Assembly (NCBI GenBank): GCA_963823665.1 | Contig: CAWGMQ010000003.1 | Span: forward strand, 256,001-320,000 | Origin: an uncultured Planctomycetota bacterium | GTDB taxonomy: Bacteria; Planctomycetota; Planctomycetia; Isosphaerales; Isosphaeraceae | Length of the DNA stretch: 64,000 nucleotides | Reading direction: 5' to 3' | Part shown: positions 34,347 through 43,161 of the stretch, one piece after another | How positions within the stretch are numbered: the first letter of the stretch is position 1 | Layout: every line of letters starts with the position of its first letter | Notes under the pieces: generated by a model | Database searches by the model: none | What the model was told of the DNA's origin: nothing | What the model saw: the letters and a program-made list of their open reading frames with translations, nothing else | Position numbers and translations under genes: made by a program

Positions 34347-34373
34347 GGGTGGAAATCCTTGGGTGATCGACGG

Positions 34374-34402
34374 AGATTACCTAAACTAACGAGTCGTGTC
34401 AA
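34374..34402 (-). promoter_or_regulatory. Sigma70-type promoter of the transposase
   Basis: TTGACA-17 bp-TAATCT on the minus strand, ~28 bp upstream of the ATG. Confidence 0.7.
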
Positions 34403-34429
34403 GAATGCAATGCATGTCCTTGTTCTCGT

Positions 34430-36159
34430 TCTCGCCGCCGGCCGGTCAGGCAGAGCTAATTTTCGCAATGCTCGAGAGGACGACCTTTGCCGGTGATGCT
34501 GCTCCCGCAGTATGTATCCTTGATCGCGGCGTCAACCGCGGTCACCCACTAATCGAGCAGGCGTTGGCTGAACAGCATAACCTCGCCTGGATCGATGACT
34601 GGGAAGCCTCCGATCGCCATGGACACGGCACCCAGATGGCAGGATAGGCACTCTATGGCCCGACACTTGCCGAATTGCTTCGCCAACGCGGCTCGGTCGA
34701 GCTTGAACATCGTCTGGAGGCAATCAAAATCATTCCCGATGTTGGCGTGAACGATCCACCGGATTACGGCCCGATCACCGTGGGGTCGGTGGCCAAGGTA
34801 GAAATCGAATCGCCTCAACGCAGCCGTGTTGTCTGCATGGCGATTACCGCCGACGATAAGGAAAAGTGGGCTCCGACCCTGTGGTCTGCTGCCATCGATC
34901 AGATGTGTGCCGGGGCCCTTGACGACGTCCGCCGATTGATGGTCGTCTCCACTGGGAATTTCGACGACACACTTTCAGCCGCAACCTATCCCGAAGCCAA
35001 TCGTCAGGCGAGCATCCAGGACCCAGCTCAGGCATGGAATGTAATAACGGTCGGTGCCTACACCGGCAAGGCGATGATCGAGCACCCGGATTATTCAGGA
35101 TACAATCCTCTTGCCCTCAAAGGGGCGTTGAGCCCAAGAAGCACCACGTCATTCAGTTGGGCCAAACGCGACTTTCCGCTGAAACCCGATATTGTGATGG
35201 AAGGCGGTAATTACGCAGTCGATCCGGCAGGACAAGTTTGGGAGATCGACGATCTTTCGCTGCTCACCACGCATGTTTCGCGTGACGGCTCGCTTTTATC
35301 GACCATGCTGGACACTAGTGCGGCAACGGCATTGGCAGCACGATACGGGGCCATCTTGCAAGGCGAATACCCGATATTGTGGCCCGAATCAATACGCGGC
35401 CTGCTCATCCATTCCGCCCGGTGGACAAAAGCGATGGTCGCCGAGTTTCCAGAAAAACGGGATCGCCAGGACCTGCTTCGCTGCTACGGGTATGGCGTAC
35501 CCAGCCTTTCGATCGCCCGCCGATCTGTGACCAGCCGGGCGACAATGATCATTCAGGATTCGTTGCAACCCTTCTGCTGGCAGGAAGGCAAGACAAAACC
35601 ATCCTCGAATGAAATGCATATCCATGCATTACCGTGGCCGATCGAACTCCTGCGGGAGATTAACAACGTCGAATTGAAAATGCGTGTTACGCTATCGTAC
35701 TTCATCGAGCCAAGTCCGGGTCGTCGTGGCTGGAACATGAAACATCGCTATCAATCGCACGGACTGCGATTTGACGTCCGGCGACCAGAAGAATCGATGA
35801 CCCAGTTCCGCCGACGCTTAACCCGAGATTCCTGGGAAGAAGGGGAAGAAGGCAGAGTCCGGCCCGCCGATCTGGTAAGCGATTCGAGAAACTGGGTGCT
35901 TGGCGATGACATTCGTAGAAAAGGTTCGATTCATTCGGATTGGTGGAAAGGCACTGCCGCCGAACTGGCCGCATCGGCGTACATCGCAGTATTTCCAATT
36001 ACCGGCTGGTGGCGTGAGCGACCGAACCGCAACTGTTACAACAAGAAAGCACGGTATTCGCTGATACTAACGCTAGAATCACTTAATACAGAAGTGGACG
36101 TTTATAACGCTATTGCGTCGATAATAGCTAATCGCGCGGACATTAGCACTCTCATATAA
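34430..36159 (+). pseudogene. S8 subtilase (IetS/Y4bN-like), 5'-truncated, with in-frame TAG at 34645-34647
   Basis: VCILDRGVNRGHP (Asp), DRHGHGTQMAG* (His), VVSTGN, KPDIVMEGGN, DTSAATALAA (Ser), RVTLSYFIEPSP, GSIHSDWW; coding begins abruptly at the transposase right end. Confidence 0.85.
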
Positions 36160-36585
36160 CGATATTTAGAATTACCTTACGCCTGCAACAAACCCGCTCG
36201 ACTTCGGGGTTTAGGGAGCGACGGAACGTAAAACCCGGTTAAGCGTCGCTAGGGTTGCGATGCCCCCTAGTTCACCCGGTCGACGACGCCGTCGCTTTGC
36301 CGAGTCTCCCGCATTTTGTGACAACATCGATACTAACGCCTGCGTGCGAACTCCTCCAGTTAACCCGTTTTAGTTGGACTGGCGGAGCAAACCAGACCGC
36401 TCCCCGGCGACCGCCACGCCCGGCCCCGGCGTACCGAGGCCGTTCATGCCGGATCGCGAATCGGTTCGCTTAGAGCAAGCGTGATTGGTATTTGCTCGGC
36501 CCGGCCCCGTTGAACGTTGGGGGGCCAGACCGGCAAAAGATGGTTTCAGGCGGTGTCGCCGCAAGCGGCGAGATAGGCGAAAAAT

Positions 36586-36632
36586 TCCCCCTCCCCCTCC
36601 CCCTTCCCGTTCCCGCTCCCGCTCCCGCTCCC
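36586..36632. repeat. C-rich hexamer tract (TCCCCC)3(TCCCGY)4
   Basis: Read directly; minus strand has eight runs of three or more G. Confidence 0.8.
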
Positions 36633-36937
36633 TGTCAGGGAGGGGGAAAGCGGAGGGTGGGCCACGGGAAAGCCACACGGCAGCCATCCGCAGCCTGCGG
36701 CAACGCTCCCCTTGATCGCGAAGCACCGCCGGTGGAACTGCTGCTCAGGCCCCTCAGTCAGCCCCGACCCTTTTCATGCTGAGCCGCACCGCGAAGCGGT
36801 GCCGTTCCACCTTTTTGGCTGATGATAGCTACTGTTCTCATGTTTGGCCGTTTAGTCGTTATATCGTTTGAGACCATGCGACCAAACACTTCAACGTTCA
36901 AGCGAAAAAGAGCGAGCAGGCCGAGCCGCGGCATCGC

Positions 36938-36976
36938 TTGGCAAAACGGTCTCGACGTGATAATCTGATCAGGAGG
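36938..36976 (+). promoter_or_regulatory. Promoter and RBS of the TA operon
   Basis: TTGGCA-17 bp-TAATCT with TG extension; AGGAGG at 36971-36976. Confidence 0.6.
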
Positions 36977-36987
36977 AGCATAACGAA

Positions 36988-37254
36988 ATGACGATTCATT
37001 TACCTAACGACCTCGAAAGCTCGATCCAGGCCATCGTGCAAAGCGGCCGCTTCGCGTCCATCGACGATGCGATGGCCGAAGCCGCACGGCTTTTGCTGCG
37101 GGAAGTCAAGCAGACGCCGCAGAATGGCAACGCCACCGACGACGATCCCTTGCTCGGCTCGATGCCTGACGCCGCCGATGAGCTGGACGCCATCGTCGCC
37201 GACGCCATGAAGCGTCGCCGCGACGAACCCTGGCGGACCGTCTCCGTTGAATAA
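36988..37254 (+). CDS. Ribbon-helix-helix antitoxin (ParD/CopG-like)
   Basis: MTIHLPNDLESSIQAIVQSGRFASIDDAMAEAARLL; overlaps the toxin start. Confidence 0.8.
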   Translation: MTIHLPNDLESSIQAIVQSGRFASIDDAMAEAARLLLREVKQTPQNGNATDDDPLLGSMPDAADELDAIVADAMKRRRDEPWRTVSVE

Positions 37255-37666
37255 AGCTCTGCTCGATACCGACATCCTGTCGGAAATCATCAAGGGTTTC
37301 GACCAGACCGTCGCCGGCAACGCCAAAAGCTACCGCCGGGCGTTCGGCCATTACACCCTCTCGGCGATCAGCGTGATGGAGATCGTGCAGGGGTTCCAGA
37401 AAAAACAGAGCGTCCGCCGGCTCCAGTCCTTTCTCGCGTCGCTGGCCGCTCAGGAAGTGATTGCATTCGAGGAATCCGATGGTGAGCTGGCCGGCCGCAT
37501 CGCCGGCGAACTCGAACGGGTAGGCCGCCCGATCGGCCCCGCGGATGCGATGATCGCCGCACTGGCCTTGCATCACGGCCTTGAACTGGTCACCGGCAAC
37601 ACACCCCACTTCCAGCGGGTGCAGCAGATCGGCTACAACCTCACGCTTGCCAACTGGCGGATATAA
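37247..37666 (+). CDS. vapC: PIN-domain VapC-family toxin
   Basis: LLDTDILSE, SAISVMEI, IGPADAMIAALAL, LVTGNTPHF: PIN motif pattern. Confidence 0.9.
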   Translation: MNKALLDTDILSEIIKGFDQTVAGNAKSYRRAFGHYTLSAISVMEIVQGFQKKQSVRRLQSFLASLAAQEVIAFEESDGELAGRIAGELERVGRPIGPADAMIAALALHHGLELVTGNTPHFQRVQQIGYNLTLANWRI

Positions 37667-38146
37667 TGCGGTTTCCTCACCCAGCCGCCCGATGGCATCG
37701 TGGTCACGATTAGGTGGTACGGGTCGATCCTGCGCTGGTTCCGCGAGTTTCGCCACGCGGTCCAGTAGTCGATATTGACCTGTCGGCGCTCCAAGATGAC
37801 CGCGATCAAGGTCCGGATGATCTCGACGTCGAAGATCGCCGGGGCCGCGGACCGGAACGACAAGGCCTCGCCCAGCCGGCGGGCGTCGACGTCGATCGGA
37901 TCAGTCAGCGCGCTTGTGAGCTTGTCGAAGGCGCGGGCGAGGTCTGGGCCGTAAGGCGTGCCGCGGTACTGGCGCAAGAGCTTCTCGCCCAGAAACAACG
38001 CGACAAGCTCACCCTCTGTCAAGCGCAGAAACGGGAGCTGGTACGTGGCCTTGGTGTAGCAGAAGCCGTGCTGCCGCGGGTCGAAGTCGGTCGGCGCGTC
38101 GAGCCGGTCTCCGCATGAACTCGATGTCGCGCCGGATTGTACTCAT
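37633..38146 (-). pseudogene. Truncated HTH-WYL transcriptional regulator
   Basis: TIRRDIEFMR..GFCYT..LPFLRLTEGELVALF..ARAFDKL..NIDYWT..RRIDPYHL; lacks most of the HTH and breaks before the WYL motif; frameshift near 38100. Confidence 0.75.
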
Positions 38147-38150
38147 ACCG

Positions 38151-38169
38151 TAGGACAAAGATGGTCCGA
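38151..38169. promoter_or_regulatory. Candidate operator palindrome upstream of the WYL gene
   Basis: TAGGAC-N7-GTCCGA, 4 bp from the ATG. Confidence 0.4.
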
Positions 38170-38518
38170 GGTTCCGGTGCGGGCATTTTTTCTTGTGGGT
38201 GGATGGTGGACGGGCAGGCGGAAGCCTGGCGGAGGGAGGAGAACTGAGGACTGAAATCAGGCCGGAGGACGGAGGGGGCGGCTGACGCGAAGGTGCCGCG
38301 GCGAGCTCTGGGCTGCATCGGTTGCAGGAGAGGAGGCGGTGGAGGGGTATCACCTGGCAAGATCAGACCGAGCTGGGCTGTCGCTTACCGCGCGTTTGGG
38401 AATGCAAGTTTCTGGCGGAATCGGTGCTCGGACCTTTCCTGTTTGTTCATTGCGATCGTGATGATCGTTGTGGTCGCTCTGACTGGCAAGAGAAATCCAG
38501 ATTTCCTGATCGACGAAT

Positions 38519-38547
38519 TAGCCAATCCGCGAGGCTCGTGTTATAAT
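38519..38547 (+). promoter_or_regulatory. Sigma70-type promoter with no convincing downstream CDS
   Basis: TAGCCA-17 bp-TATAAT with extended TG. Confidence 0.6.
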
Positions 38548-38553
38548 CTATGC

Positions 38554-38637
38554 ATCTGAGTCTCGATCGCTGACACCGGAGTCGGCACGGGGCAACGACC
38601 ACCACCTCGTTCCCTTCGTCCTCTTCTTCTTTTTTTG
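38554..38637 (+). ncRNA. Candidate ~85-nt small RNA
   Basis: Follows the promoter; hairpins GCTGAC/GTCGGC and ACGGGG-C-AACGA/TCGTT-CCC-TT-CGT, then a pyrimidine tract ending in T7. Confidence 0.35.
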
Positions 38638-39286
38638 TTCTTGTCGCTCGCCCTCTGGAACCGGGGAATGATTCATTTGTTCGTTCTTGGGGATGCTGAA
38701 CCACTTGCCGCGTGCTCACCAGCCCCTTGCAGCGGGAAAGAAGGGGTCGGATTGCGTCTGGAATGGGTGAACGTGGCGCGAGGGGATTGCGTGGGGTTTT
38801 GAGCGGAACGCGGCGCGGGACGACCCTGGGCCAAGGTGAGGATGAGTTTTTACCTGGCGAACGAGCGGTCGACGAGCGGGACTGGCGGCGCTATCCTCTT
38901 TGTGCGTCAGCACTTCCGTGCTGCCGAAGCGTGTTTCTACCAGCCGAGGACGAGGCCCGAGCCCGCAAGCAAAATGGGATTGTTTTTGGGCTCTGGAGTC
39001 CCATTTAGGTCCATTCACGTATGTTTATTTTTAATGTGCGATACGTGTGTCGTGGGCGTAAACGCCGAGTGCAGGAGGACGACCCCTTACCCGGCCTTCG
39101 GCTGACAGTGCCAGGCGCGCGATCAGCGGGAGGGGCGAGGGCTCATCGCGTAGGTAAGGGCGACACTCAAGAAGCCACCAGTACTCACCGCCGCTGTTCC
39201 CCTACTCCTTGTGGCGTAAGGACGCGCGACGAATATACAAAACGAAATCGCTGATCGGGGGGTGGGTTGAACGCGGAGGGTGGGAG

Positions 39287-39340
39287 CAGGATTAAGATTG
39301 GGATCAGGATTAAGATTGGGACCACGATTAAGATTATGAG
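39287..39340 (+). repeat. Three 18-bp tandem repeats with core GATTAAGATT
   Basis: CAGGATTAAGATTGGGAT / CAGGATTAAGATTGGGAC / CACGATTAAGATTATGAG. Confidence 0.85.
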
Positions 39341-39400
39341 CAGGAGTAGGCGTGGTGCGGGCGGGACATGCGGGGCGGGCGAGGCGATGGTTGATTCATT

Positions 39401-39540
39401 CTGCGTCACCTACTGCGTCACCGCACAAATCATGTGGAGATATTGAGTTCCGTTGATTTCGGGGGGGTTCCGATTATTCCTGCGTCATCGGTTAAGTCCA
39501 GTTGCTGCAAGGGGATGACGCAAAAGACGGGTGACGCAGG
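39401..39540. repeat. Cluster of five TGCGTCA motifs (3 direct, 2 inverted)
   Basis: CTGCGTCACC at 39401 and 39413, CTGCGTCATC at 39480, GATGACGCA at 39514, GGTGACGCAG at 39530. Confidence 0.8.
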
Positions 39541-39559
39541 CCCGAAGAGATTTTTTTCA

Positions 39560-39725
39560 AACGAAAGTAAACGCCAATTGGCTGATCCAAGGGTAGATCG
39601 GGTGGTGGGCACGCGGACTTGCTCGGGAGCGCTGTCCGCAAAAGCGACTGAGACCACGGTTGCTCAAGTACGGATCGAAGCGAACAGCACCTCCAACCGT
39701 CGTTCCCTTAAGCCTTACTGGGAAA
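39560..39725 (+). mobile_element. Possible group II intron remnant, broken inside domain V
   Basis: Ends in TAAGCCTTACTGGGAAA (AGC triad + GAAA-like loop); resemblance to intron 3' regions is from memory and unverified; no 3' strand of DV, no RT. Confidence 0.35.
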
Positions 39726-40169
39726 GGGTGCGCGACAAATGTACAAAACGAAGTCCCCCCCCCGTTTGGACCAGTGGGCGAACGACGCGGAGCGTCGGTG
39801 AGCCCGAGGCGACGCGGAGCATCGCAACGAGGGGCGCGTTTTGAACCAGGCAAGAACTTTCACAAACTGCTCGGGCCGCGTCGCCGATCTTCTGGATGTC
39901 GAATCCTGCGCTGGGCGATCGAACTGGATCGCCGATCGTACGAATTGTGGAAAGCAGACCGGCTGTGTCCCCCACCCCTCAGGGGTTGCCTTCACGCGCC
40001 AAATAGCAAATAATTAAGACTTGGAAGCGGGCCGAGACTCGCGACGGCTCTCCGGTCGCGGTTTCTTTTTCCTTCCAGCCGCTTCGTGCCTCGATTTCCC
40101 GCCCGGTCATGGTCCATGCCGTGATCGAACCTTCCTCCGACGAAAACTAGCTCGAGTTTCTGGAAACTC

Positions 40170-43113
40170 ATGCATTATTTTGCTTTCCAGCCTCACGCCC
40201 GATCCCGAGCCCGCAGAATCTGCCGACGCTTTTCGCCGTTCAGCATTGCCCTGGGCGCATTGCTCGTGCTCCTGGCTGCATCGCAATCTTCCGCGCGTGC
40301 CGCTGATGACGCAGCCGGCAAAGTGGCCGCACGCCCGGCGTTTCCACCGGAAGCGATCGAGTTCTTCGAGTCGCGGGTGCGGCCGATCCTCGCGGACAAG
40401 TGCTTCAAGTGCCACGGTGAAAAGAAGCAATCCAACGGCCTGCGTCTTGATAGCCGCGAGGCAGCCTTCAAGGGGGGCGACACCGGCCCGGCGCTGGTTG
40501 CCGGCAAACCGGACGAGAGCCTGCTTGTTCAAGCCGTCGCACAAACCCACGCCGAGCTGAAGATGCCGCCGTCCGGCAAGCTTCCCGATGCGTCTGTCGC
40601 CGCGCTCCGTCAGTGGGTCAGCCAGGGTGCGCCGTGGCCCGCGATCAAGACGGAGACCGCCAACCCCGCGAAGGCCGCGCCGATGCTGCCACGCACTGGG
40701 CGTTCCGCCCGATCAAGCCCGTCTCGCCGCCCTCGGTCAAGAATCGGGCGTTGGTGCAGTCGCCCGTAGACTCATTCGTCATGGCCAAGCTGGAATCGAG
40801 CGGCCTCAGCATCTCTCCCCTGGCCTCGAAGCGAACGCTGATCCGCCGCGCGACGATCGACCTCTGGGGCATACCGCCGACCGCCCAGGAGGTCGATGCG
40901 TTCGAGGCCGACCATTCGCCCGATGCGTTCGCGCACGTCGTCGACCGCCTGCTCGCGTCTCCCCGATATGGCGAGCGATGGGGCCGGCACTGGCTCGACG
41001 TCGCCCGCTACGCTGACACGAAGGGATATGTGTTCACCCAGGATCGCCGCTACCCGTTTGCTTATACTTTTCGCGACTACGTCATCTCGGCGTTCAATTC
41101 CGACCTGGGCTACGACAAGTTCGTGCAGCAGCAGCTTGCCGCCGATCAGCTTGGCGGTGGTGTTGACCGCCGGGCCCTGGCCGCCATGGGGTTCCTCACG
41201 GTCGGCAGGCGGTTCCTGCTCGACCAGAACGAGATCATCGATGACCGCATCGACGTGGTCAGCCGTGGGTTTCTTGGCTTGACGGTGACGTGTGCCCGCT
41301 GCCACGACCACAAGTTCGACCCGATTCCCACCGAAGACTATTACTCGCTGTACGGAGTCTTCGCCAGCACGATCGAGCCGGCCGAGCTGCCCCTCCTGGC
41401 TGACGCGACGGGAAGTCCGCGTTTTGCCGCGTACCAGAAGAAACTGGCTACGGCCACCAAGACGCGAGATGATTATCTGGCGGCCCGGCGCGGGGAATTC
41501 TCCGCCGAGATGACGGCGAAGCTTTCGCAATACTTGAAGGCTGGCCAGAGTCTGAATTTCGACGCGCGCAGCCGGAAGCTCGAAGAACAGGCGCGTGCCG
41601 CCGGGCTGAATTCAAGGCGGCTGCGCGGTGTGATGTCGATGTGGCGGCGGCACGTCACTGGCGTGAACCCGAAAGACCCGGTGTTCGGCCCGTGGCGGGC
41701 ATTCGCCGCGCTGCCTCCGAGTCAGTTCACCGCCAAGGCCACCGAGCTTCATCGCGAGCTCGTCTCGCCCAAAGACCCGAAGGCCGCGCCCGTTCACCCG
41801 CTGGTTGCCAAGGTTGTGCTTGCCGGCCCGCCTTCGAGCGCAGGCGAAGTGGTTGATCGTTACGCGTCGCTCTTCGCTCAGCTTGAAAGTCGCTGGAACG
41901 AGCAGACTGCGAAGTCGAAGGGGGCACCCGTCGCGGCTCTGCCGGAACCGGAATGGGAGTCGCTGCGGAAGGCGATCTTCGGCGAGGGCGGACCGCTGGC
42001 GGTGAACAACGATGGGATGCGGTTCATCCTCGATCAAGGGCAGCGCAACCGGCTCGAGCAGTTGAACGCCGTTATTCAGCAAATCAACGCCACCGACCCC
42101 GGGTCACCTCCGCGGGCGATGGTGGTCAGTGACACGCCAAAGCCCATCGACCCGCACGTTTTCATGCGAGGCAATCCGGGGCGGCCCGGGCCGGCAATAC
42201 CCCGGCGGTTCCTCAAGGTGCTCTCGAGCAGCGAGCGTGCGCCGTTCCAACACGGAAGCGGCCGCCTCGAGCTCGCACAGGCGATCGCGTCGGAGGCCAA
42301 CCCTCTGACTGCACGCGTGTTCGTGAACCGGGTCTGGCTCTGGCATTTCGGCAAGGGCTTGGTCGGCACGCCCAGCGACTTCGGTGTTCGCAGCGATCCC
42401 CCGTCGCATCCCGAGCTGCTCGACTATCTCGCGGGCGAGTTCATCGAAGTCCGGCTGGTCGATCAAGGCGGTTCACCGCTCGCATCATGCTCTCGACGAC
42501 TTACCAGCAGCAAAGTCTGCCGCGGCCGGCTGGGCTTGAGGCAGACGCCGATAACCGCCTTTTGTGGCGGTTCAATCGCCAGCGGCTCGACTTCGAGGCG
42601 ATGCGCGATTCGGTGCTGGCCGTCTCCGGCTCCCTGGGCCCTTATTTCGGCGGTCCGACCACGCCGGTCGAATCGCCGGCGTTCGTGTCGCGGCGCACGC
42701 TCTATGGGTTTATCGACCGCCAGAACCTGGACGGCGTCTACCGCACGTTTGACTTCGCCGTGCCCGACGCGACCAGCCCGCGGCGCTTCGTCACGACGGT
42801 TCCCCAGCAAGCTCTCTTTCTGATGAACAGCCCGTTCCTCCACGAGCAGGCGCGACGGCTCGCGGGCGAAATCGTGCGGGAGCAGGCTTCCCGCTCCGGC
42901 GATCAAACCGCGGAGGCCGTCCGCGGCCTGTATCGGCGGGTCCTGGGCCGATTGCCCGAGAAGGATGAGCTCGCGCTGGCGACGGGCTTCATCGCCGGGC
43001 AAAGCGGCGGCGCGAAATCCGCCTCGACCACGGGCAAAGAGCCGCGGCTCTCGCCCTGGGAGCAGTTGAGCCAGGTCTTGCTACTGACCAACGAGTTCAT
43101 GTTTGTTGATTGA
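40170..43113 (+). CDS. Planctomycete cytochrome c / DUF1549 / DUF1553 (PSD1) protein, frameshifts near 40680 and 42460
   Basis: FFESRVRPILADKCFKCHG, HWAF, YGERWGRHWLDVARYADT, CARCHDHKFDP, PSHPELLDYLA, PQQALFLMNS, NEFMFVD. Confidence 0.92.
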
Positions 43114-43161
43114 CTGGAGAGAAGCACCGGTTTCGGCTGCTTCTCAAGCGAGGTTTTTCTG

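Larger units (their letters stand above)
33063..34428 (-). mobile_element. RAYT-type Y1 transposase element bounded by 17-bp imperfect inverted repeats
   Basis: CGAGGACAAGGACAGGC (33063-33079) and GCATGTCCTTGTTCTCG (34412-34428), 15/17 complementary; short tandem duplications at both outer junctions. Confidence 0.65.

Noticed and set aside
34645..34647. TAG read-through or pyrrolysine recoding in the S8 gene
   Set aside because: The position looks like an ordinary hydrophobic site, the gene is also 5'-truncated, and other genes here use TAG as stop.
36190..36270. Three consecutive short inverted repeats after the S8 gene as an ncRNA
   Set aside because: Stems are only 6-7 bp with long loops, there is no promoter, and no family is recognisable.
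38712..40013. Short overlapping ORFs of 70-136 aa
   Set aside because: No RBS or motifs, and they run through repeats; the region is better explained as non-coding remnants.
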